IMG/VR virus record: IMGVR_UViG_3300012001_000006
Coordinates: 17,266 to 81,265 of that record
Reading direction: 5' to 3' (one strand)
Length of the DNA stretch: 64,000 bases
Origin: a virus
Of the stretch, positions 9,920 through 18,629 are shown piece after piece (position 1 is the stretch's first letter; the number at the start of each line of letters is the position of its first letter). The position numbers and the translations under genes were made by a program. The notes under the pieces are model-generated. The model worked only from the letters and a program-made list of their open reading frames with translations, searched no databases and was not told where the DNA came from.

Positions 9920-10360
9920 ATGACTAAAGAACCCAAAGCCTCAAAGGCGACGAAGAGTCCGACCGTTGCCCAGTATCTTGAAATGCAATTCAATCTCTGC
10001 GGCAAGTCGCAGATAGAGATCGCCACCGAATGCGGCTTTCCAAAGCCAAACATTCTCTCGATGATCAAGCAGGGCAAAACAAAACTACCCATCTCGAAGA
10101 TCGCCGTAATGGCGAAATCGCTCGGTGTTGATCCGCTGCATCTGTTCAAATTATGTATGCAGGAATACGAGCCGGCGAATTGGGAGGCAATCCAAGAAAC
10201 AATCTTGAAGCAGCCCGTCATCACCGCTAACGAGATGGAGATCATTCGGGTGATTCGTAAATCAAACGTGATCAATCCGAAGCTGCGCACGAATGAGGAA
10301 CGCATTCGTTTGCTCGACGTGATTGCGACGTTGAAGCCTGAAAACGCCACCAACGACTGA
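9920..10360 (+). CDS. XRE/Cro-CI-type HTH transcriptional regulator (repressor candidate)
   Basis: KSQIEIATECGFPKPNILSMIKQGKTKLP HTH; GGAGA RBS before ATG 9920. Confidence 0.85.
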   Translation: MTKEPKASKATKSPTVAQYLEMQFNLCGKSQIEIATECGFPKPNILSMIKQGKTKLPISKIAVMAKSLGVDPLHLFKLCMQEYEPANWEAIQETILKQPVITANEMEIIRVIRKSNVINPKLRTNEERIRLLDVIATLKPENATND

Positions 10361-10375
10361 TCCATTCTCACCCTC

Positions 10376-10402
10376 AAAAAAGGCACCTTCGGGTGCCTTT
10401 TT
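10376..10402. terminator. Bidirectional Rho-independent terminator
   Basis: AAAAAAGGCACC-TTCG-GGTGCCTTTTT. Confidence 0.85.
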
Positions 10403-10568
10403 ATTGTCGTTTTATTGGACGAGAACAACTATGCTCTTGTGTAACATTGTGCGCAAGTGTATAAAAATACACTTGACAGATTAAGTGCGAAGTGATTCGA
10501 CTACCTGTAATATATGACTTCATGCTGTCGCTACATGGTGAAAATGATATTTTGTACACTATGCGGCT

Positions 10569-10817
10569 ATGAAAAGTCCAAAGTCCGTGCGCCGGCAGGT
10601 TACAAATATCATTCCATTTGGCTTGCGTATGCAGCCCGATCTGAGAAAGTTGATTGAAAAGGCGAGTGAGGATACGGGTCGGTCGCTCAATGCGGAAATT
10701 TGCATCCGACTCCACCAAACCTTTATGGCAGACAACAAGGCCGATGAATTGCTGGCGGTGGCAAGGGCAATTCATGCGGATATCCAGACCCTAAAGACCG
10801 TGCGCGCGCCAAAGTAA
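10569..10817 (+). CDS. Arc-family ribbon-helix-helix DNA-binding protein
   Basis: PFGLRMQPDLRKLIEKASEDTGRSLNAEICIRL fits the Arc/Mnt pattern. Confidence 0.88.
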   Translation: MKSPKSVRRQVTNIIPFGLRMQPDLRKLIEKASEDTGRSLNAEICIRLHQTFMADNKADELLAVARAIHADIQTLKTVRAPK

Positions 10818-10889
10818 TCCGCTGAGCCTGGCGAGACACTCTCAAAACTGCTATTCTCTCGACGACTTCACCATGAAGCTATCGATGGA

Positions 10890-12011
10890 GTGAATCGCAT
10901 CGCGCGCGTCTCAAAAATAGCAGTAAGCAAAGACGGCTATATCCGAATGCGGAAAGCTGCATTCAAGAAGTTGGCATTTCAACAGTTGGTGGCGAATGCT
11001 GATCCGGAATTGCTTAGTGAATTGATCGGTCAGGCGATCCCGTCCCGCATTGCAGGTTTTTGCGAATGGGTGAGCGACACAGCGCCGGTGGTCAGCGTCG
11101 GTTTTGATTGGCACATCAATGACGAACCAAACCGCGTCGCCATCTTGTCTAATGCGCCTCGCACCAATCTGATGATGGTCAACGCGAAGGGCTACGATTA
11201 CGGGCCGCAGCGCACGTCGCGGTTCCTACTAACTTGGATTAATACCTTTCTCCGCCCGCGATTATCGCCTCTCGCGCGGCAAGATATTGTGTCGAACAGT
11301 AGCGGATGGCGCGGCGGCTACCTGTCCATTCTGGACAACTTGACGACAGAAATGGCGCTCTACAAACAGGTTGAGCGGCGGGTGCGCGCGCTTGGCTTTG
11401 ACTACACCGCGTACGGCATTCGGATGGCCTTCCCTATCATCCGGCCAACTGTGTGGACGCACAACAATTACCCCGAAGAGTGGCAGCGGCGTTACGCAGA
11501 AAAGGATTACGTCGATATCGACCCTACCGTTCAGCGCGCGATCGAGTCGCCGCTGCCGATGGTTTGGTCAGACGCATTATTTGAGGATCAGCCAGAATTC
11601 TGGCGTGATGCGCAAAGGCACGGCTTGCGCTTTGGGTGGGCGCAGTCGTCAAGGGATGCCACCGGCTCGGTCGGTCTTCTCAGCGTGGCGCGACGCGATG
11701 GACCGATCACGGACGCCGAACTGCAAGAAAAGCAGCACAAGTTGTCGATGCTCGTCCAAATCACACACGCCGGCATGTCCAGGATTATGGCGCCCGCACT
11801 TGCGCCAGGGCTGCGCGCGACCGTAACCTCTGGAGAGCGCGAGATTTTACGCTGGACGGCCGAGGGGAAAACATCAGCCGAGATTGCGAGCATTTTGGAA
11901 TTACCGGAGCGCACCGTCACGTTTCGACGCACCGCCGTAATTAGAAAGTTAGGCGCCGTGAATATCACCCAAGCGACGGTGATGGCGTTCTCTCTCGGGA
12001 TGATTTGCTAG
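10890..12011 (+). CDS. RsaM (DUF4902)-like domain fused to a CepR/SolR-type LuxR regulator (autoinducer-binding domain plus HTH)
   Basis: N-terminus SKDGYIR, DPELLSEL, AGFCEW, VSVGFDW, RTNLM (RsaM-like); then NYPEEWQRRY, IDPTV, MVW, FW, GLRFGW, EREILRWTAEGKTSAEIA (LuxR). Confidence 0.85.
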   Translation: MNRIARVSKIAVSKDGYIRMRKAAFKKLAFQQLVANADPELLSELIGQAIPSRIAGFCEWVSDTAPVVSVGFDWHINDEPNRVAILSNAPRTNLMMVNAKGYDYGPQRTSRFLLTWINTFLRPRLSPLARQDIVSNSSGWRGGYLSILDNLTTEMALYKQVERRVRALGFDYTAYGIRMAFPIIRPTVWTHNNYPEEWQRRYAEKDYVDIDPTVQRAIESPLPMVWSDALFEDQPEFWRDAQRHGLRFGWAQSSRDATGSVGLLSVARRDGPITDAELQEKQHKLSMLVQITHAGMSRIMAPALAPGLRATVTSGEREILRWTAEGKTSAEIASILELPERTVTFRRTAVIRKLGAVNITQATVMAFSLGMIC

Positions 12012-12019
12012 AAAAATAA

Positions 12020-12037
12020 TAAGTCATTGATGACTAT
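12020..12037. promoter_or_regulatory. 18-bp palindrome upstream of xis
   Basis: TAAGTCA-TTGA-TGACTAT. Confidence 0.7.
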
Positions 12038-12095
12038 CATTTGCGCCAATTATTGTATAAGATAATGCCATTACTTACCGAGTGGCGAGATAGCT

Positions 12096-12440
12096 GTGAG
12101 AACCCTAGACATTGATGAATGCGCCGAATTCCTGAAGGTTGATCGCTCGACCGCATTGCGACTGGCCGGCGGTGGCGAGCTACCTGGCGCCAAGATCGGA
12201 CGCGCGTGGGTGTTCCTGCTGGACGACTTGGTGGAGTATCTGCGCACACAGGTGCGCTCTCAGGCGCGGCAGCGTCAAGCGGAAGCCGACACCGATGGCG
12301 CGCTGAACAAGGCGGTCGTCAATAACGCCTCGTTCGTGATGTCACCCATGCGCCGGCGGCCGAAGAATGCGGCCCCCGACCTGTCAGGCTACCCTGACCT
12401 TACCAGAGCTTCCCCGCCAAATTTGAGCCGCGCAGGTTAG
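12096..12440 (+). CDS. xis: Excisionase-type HTH protein
   Basis: LDIDECAEFLKVDRSTALRLAGGGELPGAKIGRAWVF; convergent with the integrase. Confidence 0.8.
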   Translation: MRTLDIDECAEFLKVDRSTALRLAGGGELPGAKIGRAWVFLLDDLVEYLRTQVRSQARQRQAEADTDGALNKAVVNNASFVMSPMRRRPKNAAPDLSGYPDLTRASPPNLSRAG

Positions 12441-13563
12441 CGTAACGCGCCAACATTCTGGTCGAACTGTGGCCGGTGATCTTCATAATCTCTGTGTCCG
12501 ACAATGTGGTGCGTTCGAAGAAGCGGGATGTCGCCTCATGACGCAGATCGTGGAAGGTTAGATCGGGACAGCCCGCCGTCTCGAAGACGCGCGAATACTG
12601 CTGCGACATCGCCGCGCTCAATCGCTCCAACGTCTGCCGCTCCACGCCCCCATCCCACCAAGGGAACAGCCTCTCTTTGTTGAACTTGAAGTCTTCCATG
12701 CCGCGCGTGCCGGCGCCCACATGCTCCAGGTACTCGCGCAGTTTGGCAACCGCGACCGTCGACAACGGCACCTGTCGTTTGCTGCCGTTCTTTGTTTTCT
12801 CCAGGAAGATCGTACACAATTCAAAGTTCAGTTGATCGAGCGTGAGCGTGTACATTTCCCGCATTCTCATCGCCGTCTCCAGCGCCAGGTCAAACAGCAT
12901 CTCGATGGCCGCCTGGTAGCGCATCTCAAGCGCCCTCTGCTTGTCGGCCGACTTCGCGCCCGCCATCACCGCGCGAATCGCCGGCTCTTCCAGCACACCT
13001 ACGCGGCGATCGCGCGACACGTCTTCGCGCCTGGTGTGATGTGGGTTGTTCTTGGCCGCCTCGAACGATTCCTTGTCGGTGTATTGCGCGTAGCGTTTTG
13101 GCAGTTGACGAATTGGATTGAGCGCGAGCGCGACGATGTTTTTATTGGACGCCCAATCGAAGCATCGAGCGAGCGCGCCGACGTGATGTCGAATCGTTGA
13201 TGGCGCGATATTCAACTCGATCTTCATACTGCGAATCCACTTCTCAACCCACACGTAGTTGATCAACTTGATCGGCGTCGCGCCGATTCTGGCATACGCC
13301 ACGTTGAGCAGGTTCACGTCCGATTGCGGTATCGTGTTGTGCGCGAGATAGCCGCGAATCACTTCGGCCAAGATGGTGTAGACGGCGGTTCGGGTGTCCA
13401 GCTCCGGCGGCACGATGCCGTTATCGAGCAGCGCTTCGATCTTCGCGATGTAGGCGTCGCCTTCTTCTTCGTTGTTGGTGTAGTAGCGCCACGGCCGCGG
13501 CAGCAATTTTGCGCGCTTGACGACGTACTCCCACGAGTCGCCTTTCTTCCGTTTCATAGCCAT
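12400..13563 (-). CDS. int: Tyrosine recombinase / phage integrase
   Basis: ETAMRMRE (R), KTKNG (K), FHDLRHEA (HxxR), ITGH, RYAN (Y); GGGAGG RBS before ATG 13563. Confidence 0.95.
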   Translation of the reverse strand: MAMKRKKGDSWEYVVKRAKLLPRPWRYYTNNEEEGDAYIAKIEALLDNGIVPPELDTRTAVYTILAEVIRGYLAHNTIPQSDVNLLNVAYARIGATPIKLINYVWVEKWIRSMKIELNIAPSTIRHHVGALARCFDWASNKNIVALALNPIRQLPKRYAQYTDKESFEAAKNNPHHTRREDVSRDRRVGVLEEPAIRAVMAGAKSADKQRALEMRYQAAIEMLFDLALETAMRMREMYTLTLDQLNFELCTIFLEKTKNGSKRQVPLSTVAVAKLREYLEHVGAGTRGMEDFKFNKERLFPWWDGGVERQTLERLSAAMSQQYSRVFETAGCPDLTFHDLRHEATSRFFERTTLSDTEIMKITGHSSTRMLARYANLRGSNLAGKLW

Positions 13564-13680
13564 CTTTTTCCTCCCGTTGACGGCCAACAGGCCGAAGTGC
13601 GGGTGGACTGTCCACCCGCGATGGGTGGAATCATACCCTTTTAGGCACTTTTAGGCGACTCTACGTTGGCGACGGGCAAG

Positions 13681-13704
13681 AAAAAGCCCACTAGGAAGTG
13701 GGCT
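13681..13704 (-). terminator. Terminator hairpin downstream of the tRNA 3' fragment
   Basis: AAAAAGCCCACT-AGGA-AGTGGGCT. Confidence 0.65.
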
Positions 13705-13731
13705 AAGTCTTTGATTCTATTACCTAAAAAC

Positions 13732-13782
13732 TGGAGGCGGGGGTCGGGATCGAACCGGCGTAAACGGCTTTGCAGGCCGCTG
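13732..13782 (-). pseudogene. 3' fragment of tRNA-Cys(GCA), serving as att core
   Basis: Minus strand CAGCGGCCTGCAAAGCCGTTTACGCCGGTTCGATCCCGACCCCCGCCTCCA: GCA anticodon loop, GTTCGA T-loop, U discriminator and CCA; 5' acceptor strand and D-arm absent. Confidence 0.9.
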
Positions 13783-13850
13783 TCGTTTGTTTAGAATCAA
13801 AGACTTGCGTGAGTCGTCCACCTTATCGTCCACCCGACACTTTTTCAACT

Positions 13851-14498
13851 TCAGCGCGACAGGTAGGTCTCGATGGACTTGCGATCCGCCTCTTCGTCGA
13901 TGCGAATCAGGTTCGCGTAGCCATTTTCCAGTTCGGCCCACACCATCCCGAACGCCTCGAAGATTGTGAAGTCGAGGCCGGTCAGTCGGGCCAGACGCCC
14001 ACCTTCGTTTTGCCAGAACACGTACGGGAAGCGAAGCTGCTGCGGACAGGCCAGGATGCACTTCTTAGCCAGCGCTGAGAGCGCCTTGGTGCGCTCCATG
14101 CGGGAGACCATCGTCCAGGTCACGCTGGCGACCTCTGACGCGTCCATGCCGGTCTCCAGGGCGAACAGAATCGCCGCAGCTTTCGGTTGCTGCGCGTGTC
14201 GCAGTCCATTACGCAGCTCACCCGCTGTCAGGTAGACGCGCGATGGCGAGCGGTAGGTCAGCATGGGAGGGCTGGCAAATTCGTTGCGCGCGACCGCCGC
14301 TTGTACTTCTCGCATTGCGAGGTCGATGGCTGATTCTGCTTGATCGCGCTGGCCGGCTTCTGACATGCGGGCCACGAACGCGTAGATGGATGCGGTGCTG
14401 ATCTTGTCGGCCGGTCGAGACCAGAGCGGCGACTGTGAGAGCGGCGATACGCCGAGAATTGTGGAAATCTTACCGATGTCCTTGAGCGCTGGTGTCAT
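13851..14498 (-). CDS. Degenerate tyrosine-recombinase-like protein, catalytic residues apparently missing
   Basis: ILFALETGMDASEVASVTW resembles recombinase box I (TGMRxxE) with R replaced by D; no HxxR. Confidence 0.55.
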   Translation of the reverse strand: MTPALKDIGKISTILGVSPLSQSPLWSRPADKISTASIYAFVARMSEAGQRDQAESAIDLAMREVQAAVARNEFASPPMLTYRSPSRVYLTAGELRNGLRHAQQPKAAAILFALETGMDASEVASVTWTMVSRMERTKALSALAKKCILACPQQLRFPYVFWQNEGGRLARLTGLDFTIFEAFGMVWAELENGYANLIRIDEEADRKSIETYLSR

Positions 14499-14534
14499 GT
14501 TCCCTCCAACGCTCAAGGATACCGCATTGCTAAA

Positions 14535-15158
14535 TTACGCGATAGCGAAATCCAGCGCCAGCATATCGGCGATTTCGACGCAATTCGTTATGTCGATCCG
14601 CTGCAAATCCAGATCGTACGCATGCGCCTCAAGTCGCCAAGCCTGCTCGGTCGTCATCATCACTTCCATGCGCTTCGCTGCCGTCTTGATAACTCTGTTG
14701 TGACTGTTGCTCCCTATCGCCGCCGCTGCCGTCGCATCATTGATCGTACGCTGTAAAAATCGCTCATTGATGACTGACTGCGGATTGTCGACGAAAACCT
14801 GGCGCAACTGAATTTCGTCGCGGTGGCTTTTGCACCACAACGCGATCTGTTTCGCGCCGACCGGCTCACACACCAGAACGATATGGTCGCCATGCATGAA
14901 CAGTCGATTCAGTTCCGCCGTTGACAGTCCGTAGAAGTTGTCGCCGAACTGGATGCACTCGATGAACATGCCGCAGTCTTTCATCGTCTTGAACTTGTCT
15001 GCGCCGATGAAATAGTAATCGACGCCATCGACTTCGCCGGCGCGTGGCAGCCGCGTGGTGGTTGATACCGCTTTCATGCAGCCGCGTTCGACCATCATAC
15101 TTTCGAGCGTGGATTTACCGGCGCAGGATGGGCCGGTCAGTGTGGTGAGTTGTTTCAC
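14535..15158 (-). CDS. Guanylate kinase-like nucleoside monophosphate kinase
   Basis: GPSCAGKST P-loop; VSTTTRLPRAGEVDGVDYYF; NFYG. Confidence 0.9.
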   Translation of the reverse strand: MKQLTTLTGPSCAGKSTLESMMVERGCMKAVSTTTRLPRAGEVDGVDYYFIGADKFKTMKDCGMFIECIQFGDNFYGLSTAELNRLFMHGDHIVLVCEPVGAKQIALWCKSHRDEIQLRQVFVDNPQSVINERFLQRTINDATAAAAIGSNSHNRVIKTAAKRMEVMMTTEQAWRLEAHAYDLDLQRIDITNCVEIADMLALDFAIA

Positions 15159-15865
15159 AGAATGATCTCCAAAGGGGGTAGAGTTTGTTGAGTCAGCCCG
15201 ATTGCCGCAGCGGCGTCCAGACCGAGCTTTCGGACTTGATGGTTGATGTACGCCTCGACATCGATCTTGGCGGCTGTGGTGGCCTTTGCAAGCGCCTCTT
15301 CCGCCTGCCCCACGACGAAGCTGACTGAGCCTGGCAGGTACTCGGCTTCGCGACCCAAGTTCTTGTGGATCTCGCGCAATTCACCCTTCGGCAGTTTGCC
15401 CGACTCAATCAGGTCGCCGAGCTTGCGGATTTCAGCTTGCATAGCTTCCATGCGCCTTCTTCCAGACGCTTCGATTTCGCGCTTGAAGATTTCCATCTTC
15501 GACTCGTTCATGACGATGTACGGCATCGGCTCGCCGTTCACGTATGCGAGAGTGCATGGAACGCCGTCGCCACGTCCAGGCGATGTGATGAATTCGGCAA
15601 ACTGCGAATGGCTCATTTCGAACTCAACGAGCGTCGTGCCAACGCTGTGATTCCAGTCATTCGACAGGTTGCGCGCCAGCTCTGCGCGCTTGACCCGAAT
15701 GCAAATCCGATGGTCGTGCTTAACGTCCGAGCCAAAGAGCGTCTTGTCGCCGCCCGTCACGACCGACATCGTGACGACGCCAAAAGCGGGATGGTCGAAG
15801 ACTTCGTGCGGCTCGCACTTTCCCGTTCTCTCCTCGCGCTTAGTTGGCCGCTGATGCTTTCTCAT
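15155..15865 (-). CDS. Hypothetical phage protein
   Basis: 236-aa ORF overlapping neighbours in operon. Confidence 0.75.
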   Translation of the reverse strand: MRKHQRPTKREERTGKCEPHEVFDHPAFGVVTMSVVTGGDKTLFGSDVKHDHRICIRVKRAELARNLSNDWNHSVGTTLVEFEMSHSQFAEFITSPGRGDGVPCTLAYVNGEPMPYIVMNESKMEIFKREIEASGRRRMEAMQAEIRKLGDLIESGKLPKGELREIHKNLGREAEYLPGSVSFVVGQAEEALAKATTAAKIDVEAYINHQVRKLGLDAAAAIGLTQQTLPPLEIIL

Positions 15866-16061
15866 TTTCCGGCTCCTTTTCTGTTGCGGCTCCGCGAGCC
15901 AGTTTGTCGGTGATCATCACAAGGAAACGCGTCATGGTGAAGATCGGTACTTCGTTGCCGGCGTTGTCGATGATCTGGACGAGACCGCCTTTGTTCGTGT
16001 TGAACACGCGTTCCGTCCAGGGCATCGTCGCCTTCAGCGCTTTGAATTCTTGCTCGTTCAC
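15840..16061 (-). CDS. Hypothetical protein
   Basis: 73 aa, start overlaps the upstream stop (GTGA). Confidence 0.6.
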   Translation of the reverse strand: MNEQEFKALKATMPWTERVFNTNKGGLVQIIDNAGNEVPIFTMTRFLVMITDKLARGAATEKEPENEKASAAN

Positions 16062-16378
16062 GACGCACCTACCTTTCGTTTGCCAACTTCCTTCTTCAAG
16101 AGGATCTTCATCATCAGCACCGAGCCTTCAGTGGTGGCGAAAATGTAGATGATGCCGACCGCGACGATGTTCCACCAGTTGCCGGTCTTGATCGCTTGCC
16201 ATACCTGCAAGGTGATCAGAATGTTCGTGGCGAACCAGACGCCGTTGGAGCAGAGCGCAGCCCAACGGTGATAGTTTGGATCGCCGCTGTTGCGGCTGCG
16301 GCTGACCCATGTGAATGCCATGTTCTGTACGAAGGCGATCAGCGCGAGCGTGGCGAGGTCGAGAATTGAAATGTTCAT
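16058..16378 (-). CDS. Small membrane protein (about 3 TM)
   Basis: MNISILDLATLALIAFVQN... with hydrophobic segments; AGGGG RBS. Confidence 0.7.
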   Translation of the reverse strand: MNISILDLATLALIAFVQNMAFTWVSRSRNSGDPNYHRWAALCSNGVWFATNILITLQVWQAIKTGNWWNIVAVGIIYIFATTEGSVLMMKILLKKEVGKRKVGAS

Positions 16379-16386
16379 GAAGCCCC

Positions 16387-16767
16387 TTAAAAGGTTGAGT
16401 GTTGTTGCGGTTGATCGGGTGAAAATGTCGGCATTGGAGGGAACGCGATCCTCCGCAGGTCGGCGATGTGTTCTTTCATCAGCGAGACGACTTGTTCGCC
16501 GGCGCCAGTTACCTGCTGCCCCGAACTCGGCCGAATGCCGGCCTCCCACAGCGCATCGAGCAACGCCTGGGCCGACTGTTCGTCGAGTTGAAATGCCGGA
16601 TTGGGCGCGCTGTAGACGCCATACGCGCTCGTTGACACGGCCAGTGGCGGGAAAGGCATGAGCGTCTCCACTCCAGTCGGCGTCTGGCGGGCAAGCACAT
16701 GCACGTCGTACGCGTTGCACGCCAGGTTGCGCTCAAGCCGCGCTTTGCAGATCGGTATCAGGTTCAC
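16387..16767 (-). CDS. Hypothetical protein
   Basis: GTG start coupled to upstream stop, AAGGAG RBS; MNLIPICKARLERN...AQALLDALWEAGIRPS. Confidence 0.6.
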   Translation of the reverse strand: MNLIPICKARLERNLACNAYDVHVLARQTPTGVETLMPFPPLAVSTSAYGVYSAPNPAFQLDEQSAQALLDALWEAGIRPSSGQQVTGAGEQVVSLMKEHIADLRRIAFPPMPTFSPDQPQQHSTF

Positions 16768-17069
16768 GTAGTCTCCTTCGGAATCCACACCCAAGCGGCG
16801 ACCCACGTTCCGCGCTCAGTTTTCGCCAGCATCGGCTTGTCGTCGATTTCGATGTCGTCGTCGGACGGCAATGCGTACTGTTCGCGCGCCAGGGCGACAA
16901 TCGCGCCCTCCTCGCCAGACAGCTCCGGCTCCAGCACCGTATTGACCGCATTGACGATCTTTTCCAGATCGATGCTGCCGATCGTTGTGATCGGGTGCGG
17001 AGGGAACTGCTGCATCCCAAGCCTGGCCCGTCTGAAGTCGGCCTTCAGGTCGTCGATGTCGATTTTCAC
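16764..17069 (-). CDS. Hypothetical protein
   Basis: 101 aa, GGAGG RBS; ends GTWVAAWVWI. Confidence 0.7.
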   Translation of the reverse strand: MKIDIDDLKADFRRARLGMQQFPPHPITTIGSIDLEKIVNAVNTVLEPELSGEEGAIVALAREQYALPSDDDIEIDDKPMLAKTERGTWVAAWVWIPKETT

Positions 17070-17227
17070 GCCGCCTCCTCCACGTCGCCAACCATCACGT
17101 CGGTCGTGCTGTCAAACACATTCGAGTCGCGCGCATCCTCAAGACTTTGCGCCATCTCGTCACGCGCTTTCTCAGCCTCCCCCTGGCTCTTTGCGCAGAT
17201 CGTCACCAGAATCGTGAAGTTCTTCAT
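17066..17227 (-). CDS. Small hypothetical protein (53 aa)
   Basis: MKNFTILVTICAKSQ...EEAA; 4-bp overlaps with both neighbours; below the ORF-track cutoff. Confidence 0.6.
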   Translation of the reverse strand: MKNFTILVTICAKSQGEAEKARDEMAQSLEDARDSNVFDSTTDVMVGDVEEAA

Positions 17228-18618
17228 GCTGCCGCCTTCAGGATTGCCGCGCCCCGCTTTGCAGCCTCTTCTTGAGCGAAGACTTGCGCCAGTGTGTCCG
17301 CGACCGTTTTATCCTTGCGCAATTCAACGTAGCGCGGAAGGAAGAGCGAGTGCAGATCGCCTTCTTTCGACGGCCGCATGACACCGGTCGCCTTGACAGC
17401 CATGATGGTGCCGAGCAGCGCTGCGCGGTTGTCACTTATCTCCTTACGCTTCGCATCCTTGAAGCCGGACACGGACACGCGCAGTTGACCGCAGGACGTT
17501 TCAGTGATGACCGACCCGAAGGTGGCCGCGTTCTTGCCGTTGCCTGGTTCGAAGCCGACGATTTTCAGATCGACGACGAACTCCAGCTTCAGCTTGACCT
17601 GATCCTTTGATGTCGCGTCGCGCCAAATCGCCGTCATCTTTTTAAGGACGACGCCCTCTTTGCCGAGCGCCAGCAGTTCGGCATAGTATTCGTACGCCGC
17701 AGCCAGGCTCTTGACGATGCGCGTCGGGATGAGGCGTACCAGCGACGCAGGGCCGATCGCCGCTTCGCGTATTTGCGTGATGAGGCCCGTCAGGCGATTC
17801 TTGTACGGATCGAGGTACTGGCCCTTCGGTTTGACCGATGTCAGCGGAATCTGATCCCACACCAGCAGCACCGGCTTTTCGCCAGGGCCGAAGTCGCCGC
17901 CCTTGAGGACGCTGTTCAGAATGCCGTTGCCGATTTCACGCGCCAGGACAACGCCGTCGCGCTCGACGACCACTTCGCCATGACTTTGCGTGGAGCGTGG
18001 GAAGGTGAGCTGAATGTCGCCAATCATTTCGTCGAACTTTTCAGTCGGGAACTGGCTGCCTGCGCGCGACGACAGAAACACTTCGCCGTCGTCTTCGTGA
18101 TCGACGTTGAAGAACATGCCGTCCGCCTTCTCTTGCGCGATAACGCCGCCAGCAAAATCCCACTTGCTCAGATCGGTGTCGGTCGGCAGGCAGCAGCGCA
18201 TGTACGGGAAGTCCGGCACCAGGCCAGGAAACGCCTTGTTCGTGGTGTTCTCGCCAAAGCCGGCGCGCAAGTCTTTCAACAGGATGCGCTTGAACAGCTC
18301 CGCAGACTCTTCGCCGAGACGGTTGATTTCGTCCAGAATCGCCGCCTGCATTGCGGTGCCGGTCAGGGCGCGGACACGCATCTGGTCAAGGATCTCCCAC
18401 GTCTTCGCGTCGAACTGACCGGCGCCAGGTGCGGTGCGTTCCGGTATCTTCTTGACGCCGTAGGTGATCGTCGTGTCGCAGGCGGCCTTCAGCACTTTGC
18501 GCAGGAGGTCGCTGGTGTCGCACTTCTTGAGCATCGCCTCTTTGTCGTTCTTGCCAGGTGTGGCGGCGATCGATTCAATTAAGCCAAAAACCTCGTCGCT
18601 ATTCATAAGTAAGATCAT
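17224..18618 (-). CDS. ATP-dependent DNA ligase (T4-like)
   Basis: Motif I QEKADG, HGEV, EGVVLK, KLK, OB domain SLFLPRYVELRKDK. Confidence 0.93.
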   Translation of the reverse strand: MILLMNSDEVFGLIESIAATPGKNDKEAMLKKCDTSDLLRKVLKAACDTTITYGVKKIPERTAPGAGQFDAKTWEILDQMRVRALTGTAMQAAILDEINRLGEESAELFKRILLKDLRAGFGENTTNKAFPGLVPDFPYMRCCLPTDTDLSKWDFAGGVIAQEKADGMFFNVDHEDDGEVFLSSRAGSQFPTEKFDEMIGDIQLTFPRSTQSHGEVVVERDGVVLAREIGNGILNSVLKGGDFGPGEKPVLLVWDQIPLTSVKPKGQYLDPYKNRLTGLITQIREAAIGPASLVRLIPTRIVKSLAAAYEYYAELLALGKEGVVLKKMTAIWRDATSKDQVKLKLEFVVDLKIVGFEPGNGKNAATFGSVITETSCGQLRVSVSGFKDAKRKEISDNRAALLGTIMAVKATGVMRPSKEGDLHSLFLPRYVELRKDKTVADTLAQVFAQEEAAKRGAAILKAAA

Positions 18619-18629
18619 GTTTCCTCCGG

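Larger units (their letters stand above)
13599..13834. mobile_element. attP-like attachment site: arm repeats, two IHF sites and tRNA-Cys core
   Basis: GTCCACC repeats (palindrome 13599-13619; direct copies 13816-13822 and 13828-13834); 15-bp inverted repeat 13705-13719 / 13792-13806 overlapping WATCAANNNNTTR matches; tRNA fragment in the centre. Confidence 0.8.

Noticed and set aside
10873-10893. Six-codon upstream ORF (MKLSME) overlapping the RsaM-LuxR start
   Set aside because: Too short to distinguish from chance and has no clear RBS
13732-13782. Functional tRNA-Cys gene
   Set aside because: Only the anticodon arm through CCA is present; the 5' acceptor strand and D-arm are replaced by unrelated sequence, so it is treated as an att core
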